DNA from: a virus
Lineage: Duplodnaviria > Heunggongvirae > Uroviricota > Caudoviricetes
Length of the DNA: 64,000 nucleotides
Strand: one strand, 5' to 3'
IMG/VR virus record: IMGVR_UViG_3300043399_000676
Shown: one piece after another, positions 18,531 to 29,105 of the stretch
Numbering within the stretch: position 1 is the stretch's first letter
Layout of the letters: each line of letters begins with the position of its first letter
Program-made: the position numbers and the translations under genes
The notes under the pieces: model-generated
Told to the model about the DNA's origin: nothing
The model's input: the letters and a program-made list of their open reading frames with translations, nothing else
Databases searched by the model: none

Positions 18531-19956
18531 GGATTACGGTATCGATGTGCAGAAGGTGTTTCTAAGGGTAATGATAACCAATGCGGAACTTTATGTAAGA
18601 GTCTCTAACATATTCAATCCGCAAAACTTTGATAAGAATTTACGGCCAGTTGCAGAATTTTATCGTGAACATACAGAAAAGTACAAAGTTTTACCTGATC
18701 CAATTCAAATTAAAGCAATCACTGGTATTGACATCGATCCGATCGATGAGTTGACTGACGGTCACTATTCTTGGTTTTTAGAAGAATTTGAGTCGTTCAC
18801 AAAAAGGCAAGAACTTGAGCGAGCGATTCTAAAAAGTGCTGACCTCTTAGAAAAGGGTGAATTTGATCCAGTTGAAAAGTTGATCAAAGATGCAGTTCAA
18901 ATAAGTCTTCAGAAGGATATGGGAACTGATTATTTTGCCGATCCAAAATCAAGACTAACCTCGTTAAAATCAAGCAATGGACAAATCAGTACAGGTTGGG
19001 TTAGCATGGATCAAAAACTGTATGGTGGATTCAATCGAGGCGAACTTCAAATTTTCGCAGGCGGTTCAGGTTCAGGTAAATCGTTGTTTATGCAAAACTT
19101 AGCTGTCAACTGGTCACAGCGAGGGTTGAACGGAGCATACATTACTCTAGAGCTAGCAGAAGGGTTATGTGCCATGCGAATTGACTCAATGATGACTGCC
19201 ACTAATAGTAGAGAAATTTTCAAAGACATTGACAACGTTGAAATGAAGGTTAAGATGATGGCTAAGAAAGCAGGTAAACTTAGGATCAAGTACATGCCTG
19301 CTCAATCGACAGTAAACCATATCCGTGCGTATTGCAAAGAACTAGAGGTGCAAACAGGAACGAAGCTAGATTTTCTGTGTGTAGATTATCTTGATCTTTT
19401 GATGCCAGTATCAGCGAAGGTTAGTCCTAGTGACTTGTTTGTAAAGGATAAATATGTGTCTGAAGAACTTCGCAATCTTTCGAAAGAACTTAATGTACTG
19501 TTTGTTACTGCCTCGCAATTGAATCGATCAGCGGTTGAGGAAGTTGAGTTTGATCACTCTCATATTTCAGGTGGTATTTCAAAGATCAATACAGCAGACA
19601 ACGTGTTTGGTATTTTTACTAGTAGGCATATGCGAGAAAAAGGTCAATATCAACTTCAGCTAATGAAAACCCGATCAAGCTCGGGTGTGGGACAAAAAAT
19701 TGAGCTAGAGTTCAATGTAGAAACTCTTAGAATTACTGACCCTGAATCAGATGAAAATGCACCTACCGTAAGCTATAAACCTCTTAGCCAAGGAGGTAGT
19801 ACCAACAACATTATGAGTAAGATCAAAACCAAATCGGAAGTAATTGATCAAGACACGGGTGAAATTACTGTAGATAGCCCAGTAAAGAAAATAGTGGCGG
19901 ATGTTCGAGGGTCTAAACTAACATCACTTTTAAACAGTATCAAGAACGATAAATAA
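18523..19956 (+). CDS. Replicative DnaB-like helicase (gp41-like)
   Basis: Walker A GGSGSGKS, CVDYLDL, TASQLNRS and KTRSS motifs; TTG start. Confidence 0.92.
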   Translation: MSKDYGIDVQKVFLRVMITNAELYVRVSNIFNPQNFDKNLRPVAEFYREHTEKYKVLPDPIQIKAITGIDIDPIDELTDGHYSWFLEEFESFTKRQELERAILKSADLLEKGEFDPVEKLIKDAVQISLQKDMGTDYFADPKSRLTSLKSSNGQISTGWVSMDQKLYGGFNRGELQIFAGGSGSGKSLFMQNLAVNWSQRGLNGAYITLELAEGLCAMRIDSMMTATNSREIFKDIDNVEMKVKMMAKKAGKLRIKYMPAQSTVNHIRAYCKELEVQTGTKLDFLCVDYLDLLMPVSAKVSPSDLFVKDKYVSEELRNLSKELNVLFVTASQLNRSAVEEVEFDHSHISGGISKINTADNVFGIFTSRHMREKGQYQLQLMKTRSSSGVGQKIELEFNVETLRITDPESDENAPTVSYKPLSQGGSTNNIMSKIKTKSEVIDQDTGEITVDSPVKKIVADVRGSKLTSLLNSIKNDK

Positions 19957-19963
19957 GTTTACT

Positions 19964-20209
19964 ATGCAAAGAAAAACTAGGAGTTTGTTAGAGGAACTTG
20001 AGGAGCTTGGAAAAAAGCATGATACTAGGCATGTAATTGAGAACCGAGCTTCTAACATCATTGCTAGCGCAATAAATTTACTTGAAATGATCGAAAAGCA
20101 TTATGGAGTTGATAAGGCTCAGTTGCTTGAGAGAAAGTTACTGAGCGCCATAAAAGCGAAAGATCAGGCAAGATTCTCTAAGTCACTCAAGAAAAATAGC
20201 GACCAGTAG
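19964..20209 (+). CDS. Hypothetical late protein
   Basis: TAAATA at 19950-19955; helical ORF. Confidence 0.7.
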   Translation: MQRKTRSLLEELEELGKKHDTRHVIENRASNIIASAINLLEMIEKHYGVDKAQLLERKLLSAIKAKDQARFSKSLKKNSDQ

Positions 20210-20278
20210 ATAGTTTTTTTATAATCGGCATAAATACAATCAGAGCATTTAGCTCATATTTTTTAAAGGAAAGATATC

Positions 20279-20692
20279 ATGGCATTTTTTACTCGTACAC
20301 ACGGTGGTTCACAGCCAGTATTCGCAATTGACCAATTGAATGGTACACAAACTGGTACTATTTCTGCCGACGCAACAGTTCAAATCGCAGGTCCAAAGTT
20401 AGATTTCTTCAAGATTCTAATCAAGGATGTCGGCGCATCAGCAATCGATCTTCGTGATCAAATGGACACCGGTGGTGTTGTCGAAGTTGTTCTTCGCACA
20501 TTGACCCAGCTTGCAACTCTTCACTTCTATCAAGTAGAAGGTGATGCAACTGGTCAAATCAGCGTTGCAGTTTATTCAACTGGCGCCTGGGCTGCTGCTG
20601 ACCTCGAAGACGCAATTCAAGCACTAGGCACTGTTAACTCCAAAGACGTTAGCGGTAGTTTAGTTACAAACGGCGGATTCAAACTAGCTTAA
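20279..20692 (+). CDS. Probably abundant virion structural protein
   Basis: Own late box (20231-20236), strong RBS, own terminator, Ala/Gly/Thr/Val-rich. Confidence 0.55.
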   Translation: MAFFTRTHGGSQPVFAIDQLNGTQTGTISADATVQIAGPKLDFFKILIKDVGASAIDLRDQMDTGGVVEVVLRTLTQLATLHFYQVEGDATGQISVAVYSTGAWAAADLEDAIQALGTVNSKDVSGSLVTNGGFKLA

Positions 20693-20707
20693 TAGTTAGT
20701 TACTCAC

Positions 20708-20737
20708 AAAAACCCGAGAATTTCTCGGGTTTTTTTA
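20708..20737 (+). terminator. Intrinsic terminator
   Basis: AAAAACCCGAGA-att-TCTCGGGTTTTTTT. Confidence 0.88.
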
Positions 20738-20754
20738 CCTTCATAAATATCTCT

Positions 20755-21213
20755 ATGTTAAAAATACGATGTTACACACTGTTCGATATAGAAAGAACCG
20801 GAGTTAACAGCCGTAAAGTCCCTATGGGAACAGCTCCTGAAAAGGTAGTTGAATGGGAAATGAAACGCAACAAGCAATGCAATTTCGATACAGTTTTACA
20901 AGTTATCTCTCTTAGAAGCCAACCAGAAAATATTTCCGACCCAGTAAAATTTTCAGTAGAATTTAGCAAACAAGATTACTTTGGGTTTTTATATGAGGGA
21001 GAGGAAAATCAGATAGGATGGACGTTTGATTTTACTATTGCACACAAAGATGTATTTGCAAATGAAACGGGAGAATTGGGCGAGTTATTTATAGATTGTG
21101 ATAATGTGCCCATGATCAAGACTGGAAACGAATGGAGTAAGCTTGACTCGTTGTTATGTACTAGTCCTGACCTTAGGAACATATATTTTGAGGTAATACC
21201 TAATGAAGAATGA
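20755..21213 (+). CDS. Hypothetical late protein
   Basis: TAAATA at 20744-20749, 5 nt before the ATG. Confidence 0.72.
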   Translation: MLKIRCYTLFDIERTGVNSRKVPMGTAPEKVVEWEMKRNKQCNFDTVLQVISLRSQPENISDPVKFSVEFSKQDYFGFLYEGEENQIGWTFDFTIAHKDVFANETGELGELFIDCDNVPMIKTGNEWSKLDSLLCTSPDLRNIYFEVIPNEE

Positions 21214-21685
21214 CGATTGGACCAAGCTTGAAAAACTTCTTGATCCAAAGACAATAAGAAGGATCAAAGATATAATCATCTTAAAAGATGAAGAGACTGG
21301 TAACTATGAAATATATGGTGACTATACTATTCAAAAAAGAAATGACATTGTATGCGTCACAAAGAGCACCAGTGATACGACTTATTTGTTTGGGTCTATA
21401 AAACACGCAATAACATGGATAATCTTAGACAAGAGAAACAAGATACTAGAAGCAAACAGAATTCTCGACCTAGATACTAAACTAGCAGGCGTTGAAACCG
21501 ATATTTTTATACATAGAAAACTAGAGAAAAAATCTAAAGACCCTGATGCCAAATTCTTGTACTTGACAAAATTACAAGAAGACAAGCTAAAGAAAAAAAG
21601 ACTTCAACTTGAAATGGAATCGCAGATCGATTCTGTTTACAATTGGCAAATACGAAAGTTTGAAGAACAAGCCAAGAGCAAGTAA
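21203..21685 (+). CDS. Hypothetical protein (coiled-coil C-terminus)
   Basis: ORF overlapping the previous gene. Confidence 0.7.
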   Translation: MKNDDWTKLEKLLDPKTIRRIKDIIILKDEETGNYEIYGDYTIQKRNDIVCVTKSTSDTTYLFGSIKHAITWIILDKRNKILEANRILDLDTKLAGVETDIFIHRKLEKKSKDPDAKFLYLTKLQEDKLKKKRLQLEMESQIDSVYNWQIRKFEEQAKSK

Positions 21686-21731
21686 ATTTTTATTTCTTGC
21701 ATAAATACACTATCAACATTTTGGAACTACC

Positions 21732-22457
21732 ATGAAACTTAATGAATTTAATAAATCACCTAGCATCGTAACAAAACGTGCTTTGAAAGAACACTATGAT
21801 GTCAAGTTACCTTTGAACAGGATGAATTTGAGCGAAACTAGCAAGATGCTTAGAAAGGTTAGATCATTGATTGCCGAAGCCAAATCATCTAGCATTTCTC
21901 ATAGAAGGGAAAAAGATGCTTCTTACATGAAATTGGTATTCATGGAACAAGCACTAGTTCATCACTACGGTAATCTAAAAGCGATGCCTGCATACAATCA
22001 GAGAATCGTAGTAGAAAACGAAGAGGTACAAAAATCTCAAGTCATTCTTTCTGCACAAGAGCTATCAGATTCTATTCAAAAAATGATTGAAGATGTTAGT
22101 GACATGTTGGTTAAGGAACTTCCTGCAATCACAGATGGCGTCAACAATGAAATCGGTGCAAATGAAGGTTCTCAGTTCAACAGTCAAATGTCCGAGGCAC
22201 TGACTGCTTTACAATCAGCACTAACTCAAGCTAAAACTGGAGTTGATGGTGCGATTGGTGTAGTAACTGGTCAAGGTGGAATGGACATGGAAATGCCTGG
22301 TGAACAAGGTGCAGAAGGCATGCCTGATATGGGCGACGAAGAAATGGGCGACGAAGAAATGGCCGACATGGGCGACGAAGAAATGGGAGGAGAAGCTCCT
22401 ATGCCCGAAGAAGAACCAGATGATGAAGGTTCTGACGTAGGCAGAGAACTTAGATAA
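21732..22457 (+). CDS. Putative prohead core/scaffold-like protein
   Basis: Late box at 21702-21707, MKLNEF leader, long helical region, acidic Met/Gly-rich tail. Confidence 0.5.
   Translation: MKLNEFNKSPSIVTKRALKEHYDVKLPLNRMNLSETSKMLRKVRSLIAEAKSSSISHRREKDASYMKLVFMEQALVHHYGNLKAMPAYNQRIVVENEEVQKSQVILSAQELSDSIQKMIEDVSDMLVKELPAITDGVNNEIGANEGSQFNSQMSEALTALQSALTQAKTGVDGAIGVVTGQGGMDMEMPGEQGAEGMPDMGDEEMGDEEMADMGDEEMGGEAPMPEEEPDDEGSDVGRELR
22329..22385 (+). repeat. 15-bp repeat ATGGGCGACGAAGAA x3 (MGDEE)
   Basis: Copies at 22329, 22344 and 22368. Confidence 0.92.
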
Positions 22458-22458
22458 T

Positions 22459-22794
22459 ATGCGCCTTTATGAATTTGCTAGTGACGACCCTTACCGTGTT
22501 GCATTGACCGCGGTGGTTAGTCAATATAAAGCTAGGTTAAAGGATTCTAACTCAAAACAGAATCCTAGAACTGATGCATTCATAAACTTTTTGGCAGATA
22601 ATGGATTCCCTGGACTTAACTTAGATGAACTTATCTCAATGCAAAAGCAAGAGCCATTGAAGAATCTCATTAAAAACATAAGTGGGCGTGAAGTAACATT
22701 TTTTGATGCAGACGAAGAAGAAATTACTAGTGATATAGATCAGGATAAGAACGAAAAGATCGTACAGAATCTTGCCAAAAAAGCATTAAAATAA
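22459..22794 (+). CDS. Hypothetical late protein with MRLYEF leader
   Basis: ORF in late operon. Confidence 0.7.
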   Translation: MRLYEFASDDPYRVALTAVVSQYKARLKDSNSKQNPRTDAFINFLADNGFPGLNLDELISMQKQEPLKNLIKNISGREVTFFDADEEEITSDIDQDKNEKIVQNLAKKALK

Positions 22795-22799
22795 CCTAA

Positions 22800-22835
22800 G
22801 TGATTGTACTAGTAGTAAAAAACTAGTACAATCAC
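22800..22835. promoter_or_regulatory. Perfect 14-bp inverted repeat coinciding with a TTGTAC-N17-TACAAT promoter readable on both strands
   Basis: GTGATTGTACTAGT-agtaaaaa-ACTAGTACAATCAC. Confidence 0.75.
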
Positions 22836-22841
22836 CTTATC

Positions 22842-23525
22842 ATGTACAACCCTAATAAATTCAATTACATCCCTTTCAAAAAAGAAACAGTCGATGGACA
22901 ACGAAGATATTTGTCTCCTGAAGGAGACAAATTACCTAGTGTCACTACTATTCTTGAAGCTACTAAATCTGAAGAAAGCAAAAAAGCATTATACGAATGG
23001 CGAAAAAGAGTAGGCACCGTAAAAGCGCAAGAAATAACAACTGAAGCTGCTAGTAGAGGCACTAGAATGCACAAGTTTCTAGAAGACTTCATAAAAACTG
23101 GGCAATTAACCGAGTCAGGATCAAATCCATATAGCATTCAAAGCCACAAGATGGCTGAAGCTATTATAACGAACGGATTATCCAAGTGTAATGAATACTG
23201 GGGAACTGAAGTACCGTTATACTTTCCCAAAATTTATGCTGGTACTACTGACCTTGTTGGTGTGCATGATGGAGCTGAATCCATTATGGATCATAAACAA
23301 ACCAATAAACTCAAGAAGCGCGAATGGATCGAGGATTACTTCGTTCAATTAGCAGCATATGCAACTGCACATAACGAAGTTCATGGAACTAACATACGAA
23401 AGGGTGTAATTTTCATGTGTTCTGCGGATGTTGTATACCAAGAGTTTATTTTGGAAGGCAATGAGTTTGACAATTATACGAATACTTGGTGGAAAAGAGT
23501 AGAACAGTTCTATCTTCAACAGTAG
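22842..23525 (+). CDS. PD-(D/E)XK (RecB/lambda-exo-like) exonuclease
   Basis: PSVTTIL, RGTRMH, E..L, GTTD, DHKQT and QLAAY motifs; no Fe-S cysteines. Confidence 0.85.
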   Translation: MYNPNKFNYIPFKKETVDGQRRYLSPEGDKLPSVTTILEATKSEESKKALYEWRKRVGTVKAQEITTEAASRGTRMHKFLEDFIKTGQLTESGSNPYSIQSHKMAEAIITNGLSKCNEYWGTEVPLYFPKIYAGTTDLVGVHDGAESIMDHKQTNKLKKREWIEDYFVQLAAYATAHNEVHGTNIRKGVIFMCSADVVYQEFILEGNEFDNYTNTWWKRVEQFYLQQ

Positions 23526-23532
23526 CCAAATT

Positions 23533-23587
23533 GATTCTTCCTGAACTATTCGCCGAAGCGGTGATAAATACAACATCAGGAAGAGTT
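23533..23587 (+). promoter_or_regulatory. Late box (TAAATA 23565-23570) inside an RBS-sequestering hairpin
   Basis: GATTCTTCCTGA (23533-23544) pairs with TCAGGAAGAGTT (23576-23587). Confidence 0.7.
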
Positions 23588-23594
23588 AATAACT

Positions 23595-26500
23595 ATGGCT
23601 ATTGTCCAAATTTCAAGAATTCAACACAGAACAGGTAGAAACGAAGACCTACCTCAATTAGCAGAAGGTGAACTTGGGTTTGCCACTGATCAACGAAGAT
23701 TATACATAGGAAATGATGCGATTCAATACCCGGCATCATCCGGAACTACTACTCAAACTGAAATTCTAACAGAATTTAGTGAGATAAGTTTTAGTCAAAT
23801 TAGGGGAAGTAGCGGGGCAGAACTAAACATAATAGAACCGCTCACTGAAGGTCAAGTACTAGTTGTAGAAGCAAATACAACTGCAGGGTTGACTCCCACA
23901 TATAGTATAGTAAATAGAGGCGGAGTATCTGGGTATTCAGGCACTGGAAACATTCACTTAGGTGATATCAACAACGTAAAGATCCTAGGTGGATTTAATA
24001 GTTGGGTTTTAACAACAAAAGGAAATGGTGACCTAGTTTGGGCTCCATCTGGTCTTACAATTTCAGACATATCAAACATCACGTTTGACAGCGGTGCTGC
24101 AAATACCACCCTTATCACAACAGACGATGATCATAACATTGTATTAGGACGTCTAGTTACAATAACGGACGTTGAAGGATTTTTAAATCTTATAACCGGC
24201 ACAGGCACTATAACTTCAGTAAGTTCAAGTAATCTTGTTACTTCAACATCCAATGCAAGCTTTGGTTCAATTAGTATTGGAGATTTCTTAACTACTAGTG
24301 CAAACGTAATACTTGGAACAGTTGATGCTGTTTATTCCGCTAATAGTACAATTCAACTAACCGCAAACGCATCTACATCTTATACCGGTGGATTTAGAAC
24401 AGGAAAAAATGGAATCAATGGTTATACTCCGTTGTATGCAAAACCAACTGGGATAGGAAACCAATTTTGGGTATATACTGCGTTTGATGCGAACACTAGT
24501 ACTGCAAGTGGTTCATTTGATTCCACTGGATTTAGTCCATATGTTTCAGGAACAGGTAGAGTAACGTCATCTACAGCCGGTGGAGGCGGAGGTGGGATTA
24601 CTCTAACAGGCACTACTAATACACAGGTACTGTTCAATAATGCAGGTACACTGGGCGGTGAGGCTAATTTAACATATGACAAGACATCAAAGCAACTATC
24701 TGTTACTTCACTAAAACCAAACGTAATTGTTGACGGAAGCTCTTCGTCTGGTACTTCAGGATTCGTTCTGTCTGCAACTGGTGCAGGTATTGCTTGGTTA
24801 CCGTCGTCTTCATTACAAGGAACATCAGGCTTTTCAGGGTTAAATGGCACCATCGGTGTTAACGGAGCTTCAGGCTTAAGTGGATATAGTGGTGTTTCTG
24901 GCTCAGGCATTTCTGGTTTTAGTGGCATCAGTGGATACTCGGGTATAAGTGGCATCAGTGGATACTCGGGTATATCAGGTGGATCAGGATGGAGCGGATT
25001 CAGTGGAAGATCAGGATATTCCGGTATATCAGGTTCAAGCGGAACATCAGGATGGAGTGGATTCAGCGGAACATCAGGATGGAGTGGATTCAGTGGTGCA
25101 CTTGGTACATCAGGCGTTTCAGGTCGAAGTGGTTACAGTGGTTACAGTGGCATCAGTGGATATTCTGGCTTTTCGGGGTACTCAGGCGCATCTGGTATTT
25201 CTGGATGGAGCGGGTACAGCGGAATACCAGGAACAAGTGGGACAAGCGGCGCCTCTGGCTTTAGTGGATTCTCGGGTTATAGTGGAATTAGCGGTAAAGA
25301 TGGAACGTCGATCACAGTTAAAGGCAGCGTAAGCACATTTACAAGTTTACCTGGTTATCCTAATTCCTACACTGGTGACCCAGGAGACTTGTACATAACT
25401 GCTGATACAGGGAACGGCTGGGTATGGAGTGGAACAGCATGGACTGACGCAGGAAAGATTCAAGGACCATCTGGATATTCAGGTGTGTCTGGATCTGGTG
25501 TGTCTGGATGGAGTGGATTCAGCGGTACATCAGGATGGAGTGGATTCAGTGGCATTTCAGGTCGTAGTGGATTCAGCGGTGAATCAGGTTGGTCTGGCGC
25601 ATCAGGTAGAAGTGGGTTCAGTGGTTACTCGGGCGCATCTGGAACATCAGGATGGAGCGGAGCAGTTGGTGCAACCGGAACAACTGGAACATCAGGATTC
25701 TCAGGTATATCTGGATGGAGCGGAGAATCTGGATTCAGTGGTGTCAGTGGATCATCGGGATTTAGTGGCATTTCTGGATCTGGTGTATCTGGTTTTAGTG
25801 GAAGATCAGGATATTCTGGTATAAGTGGATTCAGCGGAATATCTGGAAGTAATGGTCAAACTGGAACATCAGGTTATTCCGGTGCAGTAGGTAGCACTGG
25901 AGCACAAGGACCACAAGGTGTCCAAGGAGCTGTTGGTCCAGTCGGAGCGCAAGGTGCTACAGGTGCTCAAGGTGCGCAAGGTGCGATTGGTCCACAAGGT
26001 GTCCAAGGAGCAACTGGTCCTCAGGGCGTCGCTGGTGCTCAAGGTGCTCAAGGAAGACAAGGTGTCCAAGGAGCAACGGGAGCAGCAGGTGCTCAAGGAC
26101 CACAAGGTGTCCAAGGTGTCCAAGGGATTCAAGGTTCACCTGGTGGTGCAGGACCACAAGGACCACAAGGCGTTCAAGGGGCAGCGGGATCTGGTTATTC
26201 AAGTGTTACCTCTAGTACTTCTGCAACTCCTGCAAGTTCAGGAACTATTACATTAACCACTAACCAGCAAGGTGCATTTGTTACTGGAACTAGAGTTCGT
26301 GCTATAAACACTACCAATAACTTCTTCGAAGGTACTGTAACTATAACAGGCGGCACTAGCTTTGCAATTGCAGCAGATTATAGTGTGGGATCAACAACTG
26401 CGAGTTCTTGGACAATAACAGTTGCCGGTGTACGAGGAGCACAAGGAGCACAAGGGTTGGCAGGAGCACAAGGGTTGGCAGGAGCACAAGGTCCAATCGG

Positions 26501-27872
26501 TGCACAAGGACCACAAGGGGTGCAAGGCTCACTTGGTGCTCAAGGACCACAAGGATTCATTGGTGCACAAGGTGTGCAAGGAGCAGCAGGAGCAGCAGGA
26601 GCACAAGGTGTACAAGGAGGACCAGGTCCACAAGGACCACAGGGAAGACAGGGTGTACAGGGAGCAACTGGTCCACAAGGACCACAGGGTGTACAGGGGG
26701 CGACTGGTACAATTCCAGGTAATGTTGTTACAACTGATACCAATCAAGATATCACTGGACAAAAAACATTTAAGGCAAATACTTATGTAACCAACGCAGT
26801 TGTAACTCTTAGTAATGCTGCAATTACCTCAAATAGTAACGTTACTCTTACTGGTTCAGGTGTCATAAGCATTGCCTCTACTACAGCAGCAACGACTAGT
26901 TCTACAGGAGCACTAGTAGTAGGCAATTCTGTAGGTATAGGTGGTTCTAATGTGTATGCCGCTAACAACATTGTTGGTGCTAATGTTACGGGTGTTATTA
27001 ACGTTAATGGGGGCAACGGTAGCTTTACTTCGTTAAATGCGAGCGGGAAAGTAACATTTACTGTAAATTCAGGAAATGTCACGCTTACAAGCGATGACCT
27101 TGAACTTAGCCCTTCAGGTAACGTTAGGATTAGTCCAACTGGGTTATATGGACAATTATTTATAAATCCTACAGTCACTGGAGATATTGATAATGTTAAC
27201 ATAGGTAGAACTACTGCAAGATTAGGTAGGTTTACTACTATTACGGGAACAAACACCGCAAGCTCAACTTCTACTACAACAGGTGCACTTGTTATCGCCG
27301 GCGGTGCGGGCATAGGAGGCAACGTTTATGCAAGCAACCTATTCTCAACCGGAGGAGAATTGACATTAACCTCATCCGGAGGAAAAATAAAATATGACGG
27401 AACTAATCAATTATTAGTGCTATCTGCTGGATCATCAGCACAAGCAAATATTACGTTAGGATTAGTAGGTCCTGTAATTGGTGGTCTATTGATTGCAAAT
27501 GGCAATATAAGTTCAGGTGGAAACATTAGTGCTGCATATGATGTTATAGCATACTCAGGCTCTGACAGAAGACTAAAAGCAAATATTAAACCAATTTCTA
27601 ATGCACTTGATAAGATATCAAAGATAACTGGAGTTGAATTTGATTGGCTAAATGTAAACGAATCTGATATCGACGGATACTTCCGTAGAAAGCATGACAT
27701 CGGTGTTATTGCACAAGAAATCGAAGAGGTCTTACCAGAAATTGTAGGTACACGACAAGATGGTATGAAGGCGGTAAAATATGATAGGATCGTAGCTCTA
27801 CTGATTCAAGCAATAAAAGACTTGAATGAGGAAGTTAAGGTTCTTCGTAATTTGATCAAGGGGAATAAATAA
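23595..27872 (+). CDS. Long tail fibre/spike protein with collagen-like repeats and a C-terminal intramolecular chaperone (peptidase S74-like)
   Basis: N-terminal [18 protein letters not shown] domain, long G-X-S and G-X-Q triplet runs, and C-terminal SDRRLKANI...[15 protein letters not shown] followed by a coiled coil. Confidence 0.85.
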   Translation: MAIVQISRIQHRTGRNEDLPQLAEGELGFATDQRRLYIGNDAIQYPASSGTTTQTEILTEFSEISFSQIRGSSGAELNIIEPLTEGQVLVVEANTTAGLTPTYSIVNRGGVSGYSGTGNIHLGDINNVKILGGFNSWVLTTKGNGDLVWAPSGLTISDISNITFDSGAANTTLITTDDDHNIVLGRLVTITDVEGFLNLITGTGTITSVSSSNLVTSTSNASFGSISIGDFLTTSANVILGTVDAVYSANSTIQLTANASTSYTGGFRTGKNGINGYTPLYAKPTGIGNQFWVYTAFDANTSTASGSFDSTGFSPYVSGTGRVTSSTAGGGGGGITLTGTTNTQVLFNNAGTLGGEANLTYDKTSKQLSVTSLKPNVIVDGSSSSGTSGFVLSATGAGIAWLPSSSLQGTSGFSGLNGTIGVNGASGLSGYSGVSGSGISGFSGISGYSGISGISGYSGISGGSGWSGFSGRSGYSGISGSSGTSGWSGFSGTSGWSGFSGALGTSGVSGRSGYSGYSGISGYSGFSGYSGASGISGWSGYSGIPGTSGTSGASGFSGFSGYSGISGKDGTSITVKGSVSTFTSLPGYPNSYTGDPGDLYITADTGNGWVWSGTAWTDAGKIQGPSGYSGVSGSGVSGWSGFSGTSGWSGFSGISGRSGFSGESGWSGASGRSGFSGYSGASGTSGWSGAVGATGTTGTSGFSGISGWSGESGFSGVSGSSGFSGISGSGVSGFSGRSGYSGISGFSGISGSNGQTGTSGYSGAVGSTGAQGPQGVQGAVGPVGAQGATGAQGAQGAIGPQGVQGATGPQGVAGAQGAQGRQGVQGATGAAGAQGPQGVQGVQGIQGSPGGAGPQGPQGVQGAAGSGYSSVTSSTSATPASSGTITLTTNQQGAFVTGTRVRAINTTNNFFEGTVTITGGTSFAIAADYSVGSTTASSWTITVAGVRGAQGAQGLAGAQGLAGAQGPIGAQGPQGVQGSLGAQGPQGFIGAQGVQGAAGAAGAQGVQGGPGPQGPQGRQGVQGATGPQGPQGVQGATGTIPGNVVTTDTNQDITGQKTFKANTYVTNAVVTLSNAAITSNSNVTLTGSGVISIASTTAATTSSTGALVVGNSVGIGGSNVYAANNIVGANVTGVINVNGGNGSFTSLNASGKVTFTVNSGNVTLTSDDLELSPSGNVRISPTGLYGQLFINPTVTGDIDNVNIGRTTARLGRFTTITGTNTASSTSTTTGALVIAGGAGIGGNVYASNLFSTGGELTLTSSGGKIKYDGTNQLLVLSAGSSAQANITLGLVGPVIGGLLIANGNISSGGNISAAYDVIAYSGSDRRLKANIKPISNALDKISKITGVEFDWLNVNESDIDGYFRRKHDIGVIAQEIEEVLPEIVGTRQDGMKAVKYDRIVALLIQAIKDLNEEVKVLRNLIKGNK
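24817..26715 (+). repeat. Gly-X-Y triplet repeats: (G-X-S)n at ~24817-25890 and (G-X-Q)n at ~25897-26190 and ~26428-26715
   Basis: Seen in the translation and in many near-identical 9/18/27-bp units. Confidence 0.93.
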
Positions 27873-27945
27873 TCATGTTCAAAGATTTATGCTGTGAGTC
27901 CCACAGCGTAGGCCCTAGAACGGTCCAATTTTAAGGAGAAAACAA

Positions 27946-29061
27946 ATGGGACGTCCTATTAAAAAGAAGTTTTTTGGAAGTTTAAACGTACCGGCTATTG
28001 GTGGTGAGAGTGTTTCGTCAACATTAGTCGTAGGCGGAACTAATAACAATTATACTGCAATACCAACATTTACATTTGGCTTACCTGAGTTGCCAGGTGG
28101 CGTAAGAGCGACTGGTGTTGTTTCAACGATGGTTGCTAAAACTGCTACTGTCACAACATCTGGTACTGGGGCAGCAAATGCTGATTATGAACCAGGTGAC
28201 GTATTAACCGTTGTCGGTGGTACTGGTACTGCTGCAACATTTACTGTCGCTAGTGTAAAGATCAGAACAGCCGGAGTACAGAATCAAGGAACTGGAACTT
28301 GGGTTACTGGAGATACCTTTACGTTTAGTACAGGGTTTTCAACACCTGCAGTTTTAACAGTAACTGCAACTGCCGGTGTTATTGATGGAATTACAATCAC
28401 TGATGCAGGTGTTAAGAGCACTGCTCTCACAGCCGACCCAGTCACACCTGATTCAACTTCAAATGGTGGCGGTGTTCAGGGTGTAAGTTTTAACTTAGGG
28501 TTTGGCGTAAATGCTGTGACTGTTGCATCGGCAGGTTCATACACAGTATTACCTAGTAATCCAGTCGCCACGACTACCGATAGTGCAACTGGAACTGGCG
28601 CAACATTAAGTGTAAGTTATGGCATCGGTACTGCTACATTAACTAACGCAGGTTCAGGTTATACATCTGTTCCAACTGCAACGATGTCTGGTGGAAATGG
28701 CACAATTACTGCATCATTGACTAACACTACACAAAATGCACTTAGTTTTGTAGCATTTGTGCCAGGGGGATCAAGTGCTGTTGCAGGTGACATTGTAAAG
28801 CAAGAATCCTCAAGACGTTACTTAGTCACAACTGGTCAGGGAACTGGTCAATGTAGATTAGTAGCAACCGCGCCAGGCGAAGGTGAGATGAGACTTACCG
28901 CACTAGACAGCGACGGTGGCACTTATTATGTTCTAAAGTTATCTGCAAGAAGAGCATTAGTTGTCAGAGGAACAGGGACACAATTTTCAACAGGTCAATC
29001 AGTACCTTGGACGTTAGATGCACCGACTGCTAACGAAACAGTTTCAGTAGCAAGCGTGTAA
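27946..29061 (+). CDS. Virion structural protein (MGRP-type N-terminus, Gly/Thr/Ala-rich beta repeats)
   Basis: Late box at 27866-27871, very strong RBS, TxAGSGYTSxPT-like repeats. Confidence 0.6.
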   Translation: MGRPIKKKFFGSLNVPAIGGESVSSTLVVGGTNNNYTAIPTFTFGLPELPGGVRATGVVSTMVAKTATVTTSGTGAANADYEPGDVLTVVGGTGTAATFTVASVKIRTAGVQNQGTGTWVTGDTFTFSTGFSTPAVLTVTATAGVIDGITITDAGVKSTALTADPVTPDSTSNGGGVQGVSFNLGFGVNAVTVASAGSYTVLPSNPVATTTDSATGTGATLSVSYGIGTATLTNAGSGYTSVPTATMSGGNGTITASLTNTTQNALSFVAFVPGGSSAVAGDIVKQESSRRYLVTTGQGTGQCRLVATAPGEGEMRLTALDSDGGTYYVLKLSARRALVVRGTGTQFSTGQSVPWTLDAPTANETVSVASV

Positions 29062-29078
29062 TACATAAGTTGTAGAAT

Positions 29079-29105
29079 GGAAAAGCGGACTTAGTCCGCT
29101 TTTCC
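29079..29105. terminator. Bidirectional intrinsic terminator
   Basis: GGAAAAGCGGAC-tta-GTCCGCTTTTCC between convergent genes. Confidence 0.85.

Noticed and set aside
22842-23525. Cas4 / CRISPR adaptation gene
   Set aside because: It lacks the four Fe-S cysteines, and there are no cas genes or repeat-spacer array. It is a generic PD-(D/E)XK exonuclease.
24400-26800. Numerous alternative-frame and antisense ORFs over the fibre gene
   Set aside because: These are artefacts of 9-nt periodic Gly-X-Y repeats that lack stops in other frames.
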